Shown in pieces: positions 38,448-49,716 of a DNA stretch of 64,000 nucleotides. The translations under genes were made by a program, and so were the position numbers. Position 1 is the stretch's first letter. Every line of letters starts with the position of its first letter. Source of the stretch: Gemmatimonadaceae bacterium. Lineage in GTDB: Bacteria > Gemmatimonadota > Gemmatimonadetes > Gemmatimonadales > Gemmatimonadaceae. Below the pieces are notes generated by a model, which worked only from the letters and a program-made list of their open reading frames with translations, was not told the DNA's origin and did not search any database. The stretch is taken from contig JBBDYC010000017.1 in NCBI GenBank assembly GCA_040901985.1, forward strand, positions 64,001 through 128,000. Reading direction: 5' to 3'.

Positions 38448-40186
38448 CAGCGCTCCTCGTGGTTGGTGGTGATCGCGCGCAACCCGGCGAAGCGGCCAGC
38501 GTCGTGACCGACGATCTCAATACGGCCGGCAAAGACCCCGGCCTCGAGCTTGCCGCGGAACCGCGCCTCCTCGGTCCCCTCGGGGAGCGTCACGCTCGCG
38601 CTGAAGGCGATCGTGCCGTCGGGCTCGACCTCGACCGCGGTGATCTCCGACGCGCCGAGGTCCCCTTCGAGCGTCCCACGCAGTCGGTCATCCTCACCGC
38701 GCAGGTGCAGTGTGACGAACTGTTCGCCGCCGTCGAGCGCGATCTGCAGCGCCCACGCGCCTTCGAGCCCCGGCCGCGCCGCTGGTCGTCCACCCGGCCC
38801 ACCGGCGGTCGTCGGCGCCGGAATGGCGTGCGGCCGACCGTCCACGTAGACCGTGGCCACCCGCGCGTCAGCGGCAAGAATGTCGCCGCGGACAACGGTG
38901 AGATTCGCGATCTTCCCCACCTCGAGCGAGCCCAGCCGATCCGCCGCGCCGAGCAACTCTGCCGCGCCGAGGGTGACCGCGCGCACCGCCTGATCCGCCG
39001 GCAACCCGCCATCCACGGCGCGCCGCAGGTTGGGAAGGAACTCAGTGTAGTTCGCCCCGCCCGAGTGGAACGCAAACCGCACCCCGGCGCGCGCCAGCTC
39101 GCCCGGCGTCTTCGGCGCCTGCACTCGGTCGCGCAACACGCGGAGCGGCTCCGGTTCGGCGGTTGCCGCCCCCGCCGCCCCCGCCGCCCCCGCCGCCCCC
39201 GCCGCCCCCGCCGCCGCCGGCGCGGCGGTGCGACGCGGGAAGTTCAGCGACAGCAGCACCGGGACGTTGTCCGCCCTCAGGCGGCCCGCCACGCGGTACG
39301 CCTCGCTCCCGCCGCCGATCATCGCCTTCAGGCCGAACTCCTTCGCGAGGTCCAACGCGCGCTCAATCTCGCGCTGGCTCGTCGCCCGAAATACCACCGG
39401 CATCGTGCCCGCCAGGACGGGCTGCAGCGCCTCCAGCGACGGATCGAACGCCGGACGCCGCATCCCGCGCGAATTCCGTGCGTACGCCGCCTGCACCTCG
39501 CGGTACCGCTGGGCGTCGAGCAGCGACTGCCGCAGCGCCGCCATCACGCCGAGCAGCGAGCCCGGATACTGGCCGCCGCCGATGCCCTGGAAGCCGACGT
39601 GCAACGCCACCGTCGGACGGACCACCATTGTGCTGAAGTCGGCACCGTCGAGTGTGATCAATGCGCTCTGCCCTTCATACGTGCGTCCGCTCGGCGCCGT
39701 CAGTGCCGCGGTCACGCCAGCGGCGTGCGCCGCCGAGAAATCGGGGTTCTCCACCAACTGGTCCACCGCCCGCACCTCGGGCTGGAGACCGACAGGCATC
39801 GTGGAGTTCGGGGAGCCGGCCGGACGCGCAGGCGCCGCGCCACCACCGAACCCGCCTCCGCCGAAGCCACCCCCGCCGCCTGTGGGTGCCGCGCGGAGGC
39901 CGAGCGACGAATAGGCGTCAATCAGCCCCGGATAGACCGTGAGACCGGTGCCGTCCACCACGCGGGCGTCCGCCGGCGCGGTGACATTGGCGCCGATTGC
40001 GACGATGACGCCGTCGCGGATGACGATTGTGCCGCGTGCAATTGGCGCCGACGAGACGGGCACCAGGCGCGCGTTGGTGATGGCGTACGTGCCTGGGGTG
40101 GCGCGCTGCGCCGAAATCGGCGGCGCGAGGGTGGCGACGAGTGCTACGGTCGCCAGCGTCTGGGCGGCGCGGGAGCGAAGGGGCAT
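38447..40186 (-). CDS. Secreted amidohydrolase-family protein lacking HxH, with an extra C-terminal beta domain
   Basis: VYPGLIDAYSSLG and GSLEVGKIAN. Confidence 0.85.
   Translation of the reverse strand: MPLRSRAAQTLATVALVATLAPPISAQRATPGTYAITNARLVPVSSAPIARGTIVIRDGVIVAIGANVTAPADARVVDGTGLTVYPGLIDAYSSLGLRAAPTGGGGGFGGGGFGGGAAPARPAGSPNSTMPVGLQPEVRAVDQLVENPDFSAAHAAGVTAALTAPSGRTYEGQSALITLDGADFSTMVVRPTVALHVGFQGIGGGQYPGSLLGVMAALRQSLLDAQRYREVQAAYARNSRGMRRPAFDPSLEALQPVLAGTMPVVFRATSQREIERALDLAKEFGLKAMIGGGSEAYRVAGRLRADNVPVLLSLNFPRRTAAPAAAGAAGAAGAAGAAGAATAEPEPLRVLRDRVQAPKTPGELARAGVRFAFHSGGANYTEFLPNLRRAVDGGLPADQAVRAVTLGAAELLGAADRLGSLEVGKIANLTVVRGDILAADARVATVYVDGRPHAIPAPTTAGGPGGRPAARPGLEGAWALQIALDGGEQFVTLHLRGEDDRLRGTLEGDLGASEITAVEVEPDGTIAFSASVTLPEGTEEARFRGKLEAGVFAGRIEIVGHDAGRFAGLRAITTNHEER
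39165..39209. repeat. In-frame tandem repeat (GCCGCCCCC)x5 encoding Gly-Ala-Ala
   Basis: Five perfect 9-bp units. Confidence 0.9.
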
Positions 40187-40295
40187 GTTCGACTTTCCTC
40201 GTTGAAGGAGGGACGCCGAACATACGCGGTCGGGCGGCGGAGCGCTGGCGGCGGCCCGTGGGCGCGCCCCCGCCGTCCCCGCCGCCCCCGGGACA

Positions 40296-42839
40296 TCACT
40301 CCCCCGTGCTCAGCTCAATCTGCTCGTCCGGCCCGCCGTCGCCGCCATTCTCGCCGTTCTCGCCGTTCTCCCCTACGCCCGCCTCGTCCTTGTCGTCCGA
40401 GACCACCCGCGCGATCGCCGCCACCACGTCGCCGAGCTCGAGGTCCTTCAGCTTCACGCCCTGCGCCACCCGGCCCGTCTCGCGGATGTCCTTCACCGCA
40501 CAGCGCAGCGACTGGCCTCCGCGGGTGATCAGCATCAGCCCGTCCTCCGGGAGCACCTCGAGCAGCCCGACGACGTCCCCGGTCCGGTCGGTCCGCTTTA
40601 CCGTCAGGATTCCCTTCCCGCCGCGGCCCTGGACGCGATACTCGTCCACATTGGTGAGCTTGCCGAGCGCGAGCTCGGTGACGACGAGCAGTGCCGCGTC
40701 GCGCTTCACGACGACCATCCCGACCACCCGGTCGGAGGCGGCAAGACTGATCCCCCGCACCCCGGTCGTGTCGCGCCCCATCGCACGCGCATCCTGCTCG
40801 TGAAAGCGGATGCTCAGTCCGTGTCGCGTGACGAGGACGACGTCGTTGGTCCCCGTCGTGATCTGCACGTCCACCAGCTCGTCCCCTTCCTCGAGCTTGA
40901 TCCCCTTGATGCCCGTCGAGCGCACGTTGGAGTAGTCGGAGAGCGCGGTCTTCTTCACCGTGCCGTTGCGCGTGCAGAACATCAGGAACTCGGAGTCCGT
41001 GAACTGCTTCACCGGCACGATCGCCTTCACCGTCGTGTCCGGCGAGACGTTGATCAGGTTGACGATCGGCTTCCCCTTCGTCGCCCGCCCTGCCTCGGGG
41101 ATCTCGTGCACCTTGAGCCAGAAACAGCGGCCATCGTGGGTGAACACGAGGAGATAGTCGTGCGTCTGCGCGACGAAGAGATGCTCGACGAAGTCGTCGG
41201 TGCGCAGCTCCGTCCCCTTCGTCCCCACGCCCCCGCGGCGCTGTTTGCGATAGGTCGAGATGTTGGTGCGCTTGATGTAGCCGGCGTGCGAGATGGTCAC
41301 CACCATCTCCTCGTTCGCAATCAGGTCCTCGATCGAGAACTCGCCCTCGTTGCTCACGATCTCGGTCCGCCGCTCGTCGCCGTACGCGTCCACGAGGCTC
41401 GCCAGCTCTTCCTTCATCGCCTTCATCCGCTTCGGCTTCGACGCCAGCAACGCATCGAGTTCCTTGATCGTCCCGCGGACCTCGCCAAGCTCTTCCTCCA
41501 ACTTCTCGATCTCGAGTCCGGTCAGCTTGGCGAGGCGCATGTTGAGGATCGCCTCGGCCTGCCGCTCCGAGAGTTTGAACCGCGACTGCAGCTGCGTGCT
41601 CGCCGCCGGCGAGTCCTCGGCCGCCCGGATGACCTTGATCACCTCGTCGATGTTGTCAACGGCAATCTTCAGGCCCTCGAGGATGTGCTCGCGCTCCTTC
41701 GCCTTGTCGAGGTCGAACTGCGTCCGGCGGACGATCACCTCGTGCCGGTGGGCGATGTAGTGCTGCAGCACCTCGCGCATCGCCATCACCTTCGGGACGA
41801 GCCGCTTGCTCGTCGGGTCCGGCACCAGCGCCAGCATGATCACGCCGAAGGTGCTCTGCATTGACGTGTGCTTGTAGAGCTGGTTGAGCACCACCCGCGG
41901 GATGGCGTCGCGCTTGAGCTCGATCACGATCCGCGTCTGCGCGTCCGACTCGTCGCGCAGGTCGGAGACCCCCTCGACCTTCTTGTCACGCACCAGATCG
42001 GCGATGCTCGTGACGAGCGTCGCCCGGTTCACCTGGTAGGGGAGCTCGGTGACGACGATCTGCGACTTGTTGGAGGACTCCTTCTCCTCGATCACCGCGC
42101 GGGCGCGCATCACTACCTTGCCGCGTCCCGTCTCGATGTAGTCCTTGATCCCCGCACGGCCATAGATGAACGCGCCGGTCGGGAAGTCGGGACCCTTGAT
42201 GAGGGCGTGGATCTGTTCGGGCGTGAGGTCGGCGTTGTCAATCATCGCCGTCACCGCCGCCGCCACCTCGCGGAGATTGTGCGGTGGGATGTTCGTCGCC
42301 ATTCCCACCGCGATCCCCGACGACCCGTTCACCAGCAGGTTCGGGAACGACGACGGAAGGACCGTCGGCTCCTCGAGCCGGTCGTCGAAGTTCGGCGCGA
42401 AATCGACGGTGTTCTTGTCGATGTCGGTCAGCATCTCCACCGCGATCCGCGTCAGCCGCGACTCGGTGTAGCGGTACGCCGCCGCCGGGTCGCCGTCCAC
42501 CGACCCGAAGTTCCCCTGCCCGTCCACCAGCGGATAGCGCAGCGAGAAGTCCTGCACCATCCGCACGAGCGCGTCGTACACCGACTGGTCGCCGTGGGGA
42601 TGGTACTTGCCGAGCACGTCGCCGACCACCGTTGCCGACTTCTTGTACGGCCGCCCCGGGACCAACCCGAGCTCGTTCATCGCATAGAGGACGCGCCGGT
42701 GCACCGGCTTCAGTCCGTCGCGCACATCAGGCAGCGCGCGCGAGACGATGACACTCATCGAGTAGTTGATGAACGATTCCCGCACCTCGTCCTGGATCAG
42801 CCGGGGGAGGATCCGCTCACGGTTGTTCGGTGCGGTCAT
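40296..42839 (-). CDS. gyrA: DNA gyrase subunit A
   Basis: [22 protein letters not shown], GyrA-box QRRGGVG and acidic tail. Confidence 0.98.
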   Translation of the reverse strand: MTAPNNRERILPRLIQDEVRESFINYSMSVIVSRALPDVRDGLKPVHRRVLYAMNELGLVPGRPYKKSATVVGDVLGKYHPHGDQSVYDALVRMVQDFSLRYPLVDGQGNFGSVDGDPAAAYRYTESRLTRIAVEMLTDIDKNTVDFAPNFDDRLEEPTVLPSSFPNLLVNGSSGIAVGMATNIPPHNLREVAAAVTAMIDNADLTPEQIHALIKGPDFPTGAFIYGRAGIKDYIETGRGKVVMRARAVIEEKESSNKSQIVVTELPYQVNRATLVTSIADLVRDKKVEGVSDLRDESDAQTRIVIELKRDAIPRVVLNQLYKHTSMQSTFGVIMLALVPDPTSKRLVPKVMAMREVLQHYIAHRHEVIVRRTQFDLDKAKEREHILEGLKIAVDNIDEVIKVIRAAEDSPAASTQLQSRFKLSERQAEAILNMRLAKLTGLEIEKLEEELGEVRGTIKELDALLASKPKRMKAMKEELASLVDAYGDERRTEIVSNEGEFSIEDLIANEEMVVTISHAGYIKRTNISTYRKQRRGGVGTKGTELRTDDFVEHLFVAQTHDYLLVFTHDGRCFWLKVHEIPEAGRATKGKPIVNLINVSPDTTVKAIVPVKQFTDSEFLMFCTRNGTVKKTALSDYSNVRSTGIKGIKLEEGDELVDVQITTGTNDVVLVTRHGLSIRFHEQDARAMGRDTTGVRGISLAASDRVVGMVVVKRDAALLVVTELALGKLTNVDEYRVQGRGGKGILTVKRTDRTGDVVGLLEVLPEDGLMLITRGGQSLRCAVKDIRETGRVAQGVKLKDLELGDVVAAIARVVSDDKDEAGVGENGENGENGGDGGPDEQIELSTGE

Positions 42840-42936
42840 GGGAGGGGCAGGGGGGTGTGGAATTGCGCGCCGCGCAGACCCCGAAATCTAGCCCATTGCC
42901 GGGCGTCCAACAACGCATTTTCCGCTCTGCCGAACG

Positions 42937-43629
42937 TCAGGTCTGGTCCCGATTCTCCCGCGCGACCGCTTCCCGCTCGGACGTCCACCGGTCGTACCAT
43001 CGGCGCGTGACCTCGCCGGCCAACTCGCGGTTGCCGAGCCCGAACGAGAGCGCCAGCGCCAGCGCGACCGCGCCGAAGATGATCGCGAACGCCGTCGTCA
43101 CGATCCCCGTCGCCACCCCCAGTTCCTGGAGCGCCATGAAGACCGCGAGCACCACCACGCCCGCCTTGCCGAGCCGTGCCAGCGTCGCGCCGCCATAGAG
43201 CGCGCCGGTGGACGCCGCCACGAGCGCCGCCACCAGGTCGCCCAGCACGAGGCCGAGGATCACGATCACCACCGCGGCAATCACGCTCGGCACGTAGCTC
43301 AGCAGCTCCGAGAACGCCCGCCCGAGGTAGTCGATCCCGAGCGTGTCCGCCGCGACCAGCATCGCCGTGAAGAGGATGAACCAGAACACCACGTTCGCGA
43401 TCACGCGCGTCGGATTCAGCGGCGTGCCGTGCGCACCGAGCGGCGGCCGCACCCCGCCCTTCTCCAGCGCTTCGTCGAGGTGGACGCGTTGCAGCAGCCG
43501 CTGCACCGTCCGCTGCCCGAGTCGGGCGAGGAAGAAACCCACCGTGAGCACCACCGCCGCACCGAACAGCGACGGCGCGAACTCCCAGAGACGATAGAGA
43601 CTCTCCCGCAGGCGATCGAAGAACGTCAT
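42937..43629 (-). CDS. Small-conductance mechanosensitive-channel-associated TM-helix protein (CmpX-like)
   Basis: YVPSVIAAVVI and ALSFGLGNRELA. Confidence 0.8.
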   Translation of the reverse strand: MTFFDRLRESLYRLWEFAPSLFGAAVVLTVGFFLARLGQRTVQRLLQRVHLDEALEKGGVRPPLGAHGTPLNPTRVIANVVFWFILFTAMLVAADTLGIDYLGRAFSELLSYVPSVIAAVVIVILGLVLGDLVAALVAASTGALYGGATLARLGKAGVVVLAVFMALQELGVATGIVTTAFAIIFGAVALALALSFGLGNRELAGEVTRRWYDRWTSEREAVARENRDQT

Positions 43630-43658
43630 CGGGTCAATGGCCCTCGGCAGGCCGGAGG

Positions 43659-44816
43659 CTAGAAGGTGAACCGCACGATCGAATGTGCGCCGGGGGCGCG
43701 CGCCGCCACCGCGGCCGCCCCCAGCGGGTTGAACTCGACGCGCCCGAGCAGGTACTGCCGCCCCTCGTCACGCCGCGGGGCCACGTACCGCTCGGTGAGG
43801 ATGACGCCTCCGAGTCCGCCCAGCGACGCGAGGGCGAGGGTCAGCGACGCGCCTCGCTCCGCCTCCCCGGCGATCAAGACGCCCACGCCGATGCCCATCA
43901 GGCCACCCGCCAAGCTGCCGAGCGACACCAGCGTCCCATCGGCCGTCGTGTGATCGTATTGGCGGACGAGCCAGCGGTCGGCCGCCCAGATCCCGCCGAG
44001 CCCGCCGACGAGAATCGTCGCCGCCACCGCCTGCCGGCTCGGTTCCGCCTCGGCGATGATTGCCCAGACCGTCGTCGTGCCGAGCGAGGCGCCCACCCAG
44101 AGCAGCATCGCGTCGCCCGGAGTCACTTCGTAGAACGCAGTCGCCGCGTAGCGGTTGCCCAACGCGTATCCAACCCAGCCGAGCGCCGTGGAGGCCAACC
44201 GACGCGTCTGTCGGCTGATGCCGCGGCCATCATAGTCTGTCGGGTCGATGATGTAGCCAATCAGCAGCGCCGAAACATAGGCGACGTCGTGACCGACGAC
44301 CATCGAGACCGCCTCTCCCTCCGTGCGGCCGCGACCGAGCACCAGCCCCGTCGCCGTCCCGCCAACGCCGCCGAGCAGCGTCAACGCCGCGGCCGGTCGC
44401 CGGTCCAGGTCGAGCACACTGGCAAGCTCGAGGCCGTTGAGCGTGCCGCGCCAGGCCATCCGCGACGAGAGGAACTGGCGCGACGGCGTGATCACCGCCC
44501 GCCGCGCAATCTCGTTCGCCGCAAAGAACGACCCGCCCGCCAGCACGAAGTACGCCGCGGTCGCGGTCACCGCATCGTCCGCCACCATCGCCGAGAATGC
44601 CGGCCCGTACACCGTGAGGCCCAAGATGGTCTGGGACCGCACGAACGCCGTCCGCAGCTCGCGGGAGGTCACGGTCGCGGTGTCGCGCGGCGCCTGGCGT
44701 TCGACGCTGTCGGTGCCGAAATCGAGCCGGCGCGGCGGCTCCTCCTGCGCCATCGCCGCCGGGGCGATGCAGAAGAGGACCGCGAGCGCGCGGAGGAGTG
44801 GTCGCATGTTCCTCAT
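43659..44816 (-). CDS. Hypothetical Gly-rich membrane or secreted protein
   Basis: Signal peptide followed by repeated Gly-rich hydrophobic helices. Confidence 0.65.
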   Translation of the reverse strand: MRNMRPLLRALAVLFCIAPAAMAQEEPPRRLDFGTDSVERQAPRDTATVTSRELRTAFVRSQTILGLTVYGPAFSAMVADDAVTATAAYFVLAGGSFFAANEIARRAVITPSRQFLSSRMAWRGTLNGLELASVLDLDRRPAAALTLLGGVGGTATGLVLGRGRTEGEAVSMVVGHDVAYVSALLIGYIIDPTDYDGRGISRQTRRLASTALGWVGYALGNRYAATAFYEVTPGDAMLLWVGASLGTTTVWAIIAEAEPSRQAVAATILVGGLGGIWAADRWLVRQYDHTTADGTLVSLGSLAGGLMGIGVGVLIAGEAERGASLTLALASLGGLGGVILTERYVAPRRDEGRQYLLGRVEFNPLGAAAVAARAPGAHSIVRFTF

Positions 44817-44833
44817 AATGTACTTGGGCCCCT

Positions 44834-45058
44834 TCAGTTCCGCGTGCCGCGCTTCAGGTCGAACAGCACGCTCCGCCGGCAGGTCGGGCAGAGGAGCCAT
44901 TCGCGCTTGCGCGCGTAGCCGAGCCCGAAGCTCCCGCCGCCGATCGCGCGCTCGTGCATCCGCACCGCGCAGCGCGGGCACTCCGCGTGCCCGTCGCGCG
45001 CGTACGCCTCGCGCACCGCGCGTTCCTCGTCGGCGTCGAACCGGGCGCGCTCAGTCAT
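44834..45058 (-). CDS. Small zinc-ribbon protein
   Basis: CPRC...CPTC; start overlaps the upstream stop. Confidence 0.7.
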   Translation of the reverse strand: MTERARFDADEERAVREAYARDGHAECPRCAVRMHERAIGGGSFGLGYARKREWLLCPTCRRSVLFDLKRGTRN

Positions 45059-46094
45059 CGCCAACCGCCAGCACAAGCTTGCCGAACTGCTCGCCCCCCG
45101 CCAGTCGCTCGAACGCCGCGCGTCCCTCGGCGAGTGGCCGCACTGAATCCACCGGCGGGAACAGGCGCCCCGCCGAGAGCTCGGCGACGATCGCGTCGAA
45201 CTCGGCGTCGTTCCCCATCGTCGAGCCGAGAATGGACCATTGGTTCCAGAACAGGCGTCGGACATCCATCTCCAGCGTCGTCCCCGACGTGCCGCCGCAC
45301 GTCACCAGCCGGCCGCCGCGCGCCAGCGCGTGCAGCGACTGCCCCCAGGTGCGTTCGCCCACCGAGTCGAGCACCACGTCCACCCCGCGCTTGCCGGTGC
45401 GCTCGCGCACCGCGCGCCCGACATCGAGCGCGCCGTGGTCGAGCAACTCGTCGGCGCCGAGCGCGTGCGCCCGCTCGAGCTTCTCGGCGCTCGACGATGT
45501 CACCCAGACGCGCGCGCCGCGCGCCTTGCAGATCTGCAACGCCGCCTGCGCCACCCCGCCGCCGATCCCCCAGATCAACACCTCGTCTCCGGCACGGACC
45601 TTGGCGCGCGTCACGCACATCCGCCACGCGGTGAGCGTCACCAGCGTGAACGCCGCCGCCACCGCGTCCGGCACGTCGGCGGGAATCCGGCGCACATTCG
45701 CCGCTGGTACCACCACGAACTCGGCGAAGGTGCCCGCTCGGTGCTCGCCGAGGAGCAGGTAGCGGATGCAGAGCGAGTGCTCGCCGGCGCGACAGAACTC
45801 GCAGGCCCGGCAGGAGATCCCGCCGTTGATCACCACCCGGTCGCCGACGGCGACGCCCGTGACGCCCGTCGCGACCGCCTCGACCTCGCCGGTACCGTCG
45901 GCGCCGAGAATCCAAGGCGGTGTGATCGTGATGCCTGGCAGGCCGCCGACCGTCCAGAGGTCGAGTCGGTTGAGCGCCACCGCCCGCAGCCGGACCCGCA
46001 CGTCATCCGGCGCGCGCAATGCGGGGACCGGAACGTCCTCTCGATATCGCACCTGCTCCGGCCCGCCGTGCGCTTCAATGGTCAACGCTCGCAC
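45051..46094 (-). CDS. Zinc-binding dehydrogenase / quinone oxidoreductase (MDR family)
   Basis: ALNRLD, structural Zn CRACEFC...C, GIGGGVA and QFGKLVL. Confidence 0.92.
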   Translation of the reverse strand: MRALTIEAHGGPEQVRYREDVPVPALRAPDDVRVRLRAVALNRLDLWTVGGLPGITITPPWILGADGTGEVEAVATGVTGVAVGDRVVINGGISCRACEFCRAGEHSLCIRYLLLGEHRAGTFAEFVVVPAANVRRIPADVPDAVAAAFTLVTLTAWRMCVTRAKVRAGDEVLIWGIGGGVAQAALQICKARGARVWVTSSSAEKLERAHALGADELLDHGALDVGRAVRERTGKRGVDVVLDSVGERTWGQSLHALARGGRLVTCGGTSGTTLEMDVRRLFWNQWSILGSTMGNDAEFDAIVAELSAGRLFPPVDSVRPLAEGRAAFERLAGGEQFGKLVLAVGDD

Positions 46095-46122
46095 CGCTAC
46101 CTCCTCCCGCTATATTTGCAGC

Positions 46123-47355
46123 ATGATCGAGATCAAGGTGCCGCCACTCGGGGAATCGATCACCGAAGCGACCGTGTCCCGCTGGCTCAAGCAGGAGGGC
46201 GAGGCCGTCGCCGTCGGCGATACCCTCGTCGAGCTGGAGACCGATAAGATCACCGTTGAGGTGCCCGCGCTCAATGCCGGCGTGCTCGTGAAGCGCCTGA
46301 AGGCCGAGGGGGACGTCGTGCATCTGGCCGAGCCCCTTGCCCAACTCGATGATACTGCCGGCGCGACCGCAACGGTGAAGCCGGTTGCAGCACCAGCGCC
46401 CGCCGCACCAACGCCCGCCGCACCAGCGCCCGCCGCACCAGCGCCCGCCGCGTCGGCGCCGAGCACCGACGTCCGTGCCGCGCCTTCCGCGACCAAGCTG
46501 GCCGCCGAGCAAGGCGTGAACGTCGAGCAGGTCGCCGGCACCGGCCGCGGGGGCGTGGTCAGCAAGCCCGACGTGATTGCCGCGATGGACGCGCGCCGAG
46601 CCGCGCCCGCCGCCCCGCCACCCGCCGCCCCCGCCGCACCGCCGCGGCCCGCCGGTGAGCGCGAGACACGCGAGAAGATGACGACGCGCCGCAAGCGCAT
46701 CGCCGAGAATCTTCTGCAATCGCAGCACGCCACCGCGCGCCTGACGACCTTCAATGAGATTGATATGTCGGCGGTCTCGGGCCTCCGTGACCGGATGAAG
46801 GAGAAGGTGGAGAAGGAGCACGGCGTGAAGCTCAGCTACATGCCCTTCTTCGCCAAGGCGACCTGCATCGCGCTCAAGGCCTTCCCGGTGATCAACGCGC
46901 AGGTGGATGGCGAGGAGATCCTTTACAAGCACTACGTCAATCTCGGGATTGCCGTCGCCAGCGAGGCCGGCCTCGTCGTCCCGAACATCAAGGACGCCGA
47001 TCGCCTTGGGATGATCGGCTTCAGTCGCGCCATCAGCGCCGTCGCCAAGCGCGCCCGCGACGGCAAGCTGACGATGGACGACCTTACCGGCGGCTCGTTC
47101 ACGATCACCAACGGCGGCGTCTTCGGCTCGCTCCTGTCAACGCCGATCATCAACTATCCGCAGGTCGCGATCCTCGGGCTCCACAAGATCCAGGACCGCC
47201 CGATCGCGCTCGACGGACAGGTTGCGGTCCGGCCGATGATGTACGTCGCGCTCAGCTACGACCATCGAATCATTGACGGCCAGCAAGCGGTCCTCTTCCT
47301 CGTCCGCCTCAAGGAGCTGATGGAAGACCCCGCGACGATGCTGATCGACGACTGA
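46123..47355 (+). CDS. sucB: Dihydrolipoamide succinyltransferase (E2)
   Basis: Lipoyl ETDKI, E3-binding [16 protein letters not shown] and DHRIIDG. Confidence 0.95.
   Translation: MIEIKVPPLGESITEATVSRWLKQEGEAVAVGDTLVELETDKITVEVPALNAGVLVKRLKAEGDVVHLAEPLAQLDDTAGATATVKPVAAPAPAAPTPAAPAPAAPAPAASAPSTDVRAAPSATKLAAEQGVNVEQVAGTGRGGVVSKPDVIAAMDARRAAPAAPPPAAPAAPPRPAGERETREKMTTRRKRIAENLLQSQHATARLTTFNEIDMSAVSGLRDRMKEKVEKEHGVKLSYMPFFAKATCIALKAFPVINAQVDGEEILYKHYVNLGIAVASEAGLVVPNIKDADRLGMIGFSRAISAVAKRARDGKLTMDDLTGGSFTITNGGVFGSLLSTPIINYPQVAILGLHKIQDRPIALDGQVAVRPMMYVALSYDHRIIDGQQAVLFLVRLKELMEDPATMLIDD
46390..46449 (+). repeat. 15-bp x4 repeat encoding the Ala/Pro linker
   Basis: GCACCA(G/A)CGCCCGCC units. 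Confidence 0.85.
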
Positions 47356-47356
47356 G

Positions 47357-48772
47357 ATGACCGCCACCCCGCTGACCCCCGACGTCGTCGTCATCGGCGG
47401 CGGTCCGGGCGGCTACGTCGCCTCGATCCGCGCCGCGCAGCTCGGCCTCTCCGTCGTCTGCGTCGAGTTCGAGCGGACCCTCGGCGGCACCTGCGTGAAT
47501 GTCGGGTGCATCCCGTCAAAGGCGCTGCTCGGCTCCTCCGAACATTACGAGTGGGCGCAGAAGCACGCCGGCGCGCACGGCGTCAAGCTCGAGGGCATCG
47601 GCCTCGACCTCGCGCAGATGATGAAGCGCAAGGACGATGTCGTCGCGCAGAACACCCGCGGCGTCGAATTCCTCTTCAAGAAGAACAAGGTCACCTGGGC
47701 GAAGGGAGTCGGCACCTTGCGGCCGGGGAACGTCGTCGAGGTGAAGGCGATGGACGGCACGCTGACGACCTACCGGCCGCGACACGTCATCATCGCCACC
47801 GGATCGGTGCCGGTCACGCTCCCCTTCTTCCCGTTCGACGAGGAGCGGGTCCTCTCGAACGTCGGCGCCCTGCGAATCCCCGAGGTGCCCCAGCACCTCG
47901 TCGTGATCGGCGGCGGCGTGATCGGCCTCGAGCTCGGCTCGGTCTGGCGACGGCTCGGCACCCAGGTCACCGTCGTCGAGTTCATGCCGACGATCCTGCC
48001 GGGGAACGACGACGACATCATCAAGGAGGCGGCGAAGGTCTTCGCCCGGCAAGGCCTCGAGCTGCACACGGCGACCAAGGTCGTGGACGGACGCCGGGAC
48101 GGCAGGCGCGTCATCGTCGAGACCGAGCGGTTGGCGGACGGCGGAAGGCAGACCTTCGAGGCCGACTACCTGCTGGTCTCGATCGGTCGCCAACCGGCGC
48201 TGACCGGCGTGGATGCCGCCGCACTTGGGCTCGCGCTCGGCCGCCGCGGCGAGATCGTCGTGGACGACCAGATGCGGACCAACCTGCCGAACGTCTTCGC
48301 CATCGGCGATGCCGTCGGCGGAAAGCTCCTCGCGCACAAGGCGGAGGAAGAGGGCGTGATCGCCGCCGAGGTGATTGCCGGCCGGGCCGCGCATATGCAC
48401 TACCACAACATGCCGGCGGTGGTCTACACCTGGCCCGAGATCGCGACCGCCGGCATAACCGAGGCCGAGGCAAAGGCCGCCGGCCGCGCCGTGAAGATTG
48501 GCAAGTTCCCCTTCTCGGCCAACGGCCGCGCGCGCACGATGGCGAACACCGACGGCTTCGTGAAGTTCGTGACCGATGCGCGCACCGACGAGATCCTCGG
48601 CTGCCATATGATCGGTCCCAACGTCAGCGACCTACTGGCCGCGGTCGTGCTGGCGATGGAGTACCGCGGCACCGCCGACGACATCGGCGAGACGGTCCAC
48701 TCCCACCCGACGTTGGGCGAAGCGGTGAAGGAAGCCGCGCTCGGCGCGCTCGGCCGCGCGATACACCTCTAG
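47357..48772 (+). CDS. lpdA: Dihydrolipoamide dehydrogenase (E3)
   Basis: GGGPGGY, CVNVGCIPSK, LAHKA and HPT. Confidence 0.97.
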   Translation: MTATPLTPDVVVIGGGPGGYVASIRAAQLGLSVVCVEFERTLGGTCVNVGCIPSKALLGSSEHYEWAQKHAGAHGVKLEGIGLDLAQMMKRKDDVVAQNTRGVEFLFKKNKVTWAKGVGTLRPGNVVEVKAMDGTLTTYRPRHVIIATGSVPVTLPFFPFDEERVLSNVGALRIPEVPQHLVVIGGGVIGLELGSVWRRLGTQVTVVEFMPTILPGNDDDIIKEAAKVFARQGLELHTATKVVDGRRDGRRVIVETERLADGGRQTFEADYLLVSIGRQPALTGVDAAALGLALGRRGEIVVDDQMRTNLPNVFAIGDAVGGKLLAHKAEEEGVIAAEVIAGRAAHMHYHNMPAVVYTWPEIATAGITEAEAKAAGRAVKIGKFPFSANGRARTMANTDGFVKFVTDARTDEILGCHMIGPNVSDLLAAVVLAMEYRGTADDIGETVHSHPTLGEAVKEAALGALGRAIHL

Positions 48773-48777
48773 GAACG

Positions 48778-49302
48778 TCAGAGGTAGCGTTCCTGGATGA
48801 TCCCGAGATGGTGAAGCAGGTGGCCCGCACTGATCCAGGCGAGCGCGCGCACGCTGACCTCGGCGCCACTCGCGGTGCCGCGCCGCGTCCACGCCCCGGC
48901 CGGCAGGCCGCTGAAGAGCGTCACGGTGGACTCGCGGACGGACTCAAACTCGTCGAGGATGGATTCGAGCGGCCGCACCGCGGCGCCGCTCATCGGCGCG
49001 TAGGCATTCTCGTCCCAGCCGGGCAGCGGCGTCGCGTCGCCGCGCCCGATCCGCAGCGCGCGGTAGGCGAAGATTCGCTCGGCGTCGGCGCAATGGAGGA
49101 CAACCTCCTTGAGCGTCCACTTGCCCGGCGCGTAGGCCCGCCCGGCGACGCTCTCGCTGAGGTCGCTGAGCAGCGCCGCCGCGATCTCGGCTCCACCGAT
49201 CAGCGCCTCGACGACGTCCCCGTCCGGCACTTGCGCGATGTAGCCGGCATAGAACGGCGCGAACTCGTCGGCGCTGGGACGGATCCTGCGGTGGGCGCTC
49301 AC
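48778..49302 (-). CDS. DinB family protein
   Basis: YAPGKWTLKEVVLH and AGHLLHH. Confidence 0.9.
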   Translation of the reverse strand: MSAHRRIRPSADEFAPFYAGYIAQVPDGDVVEALIGGAEIAAALLSDLSESVAGRAYAPGKWTLKEVVLHCADAERIFAYRALRIGRGDATPLPGWDENAYAPMSGAAVRPLESILDEFESVRESTVTLFSGLPAGAWTRRGTASGAEVSVRALAWISAGHLLHHLGIIQERYL

Positions 49303-49367
49303 GGGCGGGGCTCAGGGAGGGGAGGTGCCCGAAGAATCTATCCTCCCGGCCGGCGACCCGCCCAACG

Positions 49368-49399
49368 AAAAAGGCCGACCCCCGCCTGGGGGCCGGCCT
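49368..49399 (-). terminator. Intrinsic terminator of the sigma/anti-sigma operon
   Basis: GGCCG-CCCCC/GGGGG-CGGCC stem followed by T5 on the minus strand. Confidence 0.7.
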
Positions 49400-49416
49400 C
49401 GGCGCGGTCGCGGCGG

Positions 49417-49716
49417 TCAGTCGTCGGCCAGCTTCGCCAGGATCTGCCTGGTCACGTGCGCCGGTGTCACCATCTTCCGGCGCTTCCCGGCCTCGGCGCT
49501 GATCCGCTTCCAGAGCTCGAGTTCGCGCTCGGCACCCGAAAGGGCCGAGTCCGACACCTGATCTCCGTCGAGGTACGCGTGCACGGCCGTCGAGAGCTCG
49601 CTCGCCGGGAGCGGCACCTCGCGGTCCGCAGCCGACGGCTCGGCTGGCGCCGGGGGGCGCGTCTCGGCCGCGCGCTCGGGAGCCGCGTCACGCGGGTCTT
49701 GGGGATCAAGCTTCAC
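49417..49716 (-). CDS. Small protein coupled to the ECF sigma; possible anti-sigma
   Basis: 4-nt overlap with the sigma stop; VHAYLDG helix. Confidence 0.6.
   Translation of the reverse strand: MKLDPQDPRDAAPERAAETRPPAPAEPSAADREVPLPASELSTAVHAYLDGDQVSDSALSGAERELELWKRISAEAGKRRKMVTPAHVTRQILAKLADD

Noticed and set aside
39163..39636. Poly-proline ORF
   Set aside because: Antisense reading of the GCCGCCCCC repeat
46390..46449. 15-bp repeats as a CRISPR-like or novel array
   Set aside because: No spacers; ordinary Ala/Pro linker of E2
40296..47355. gyrA without gyrB and sucB without sucA
   Set aside because: Split arrangements are common and the partners may lie elsewhere
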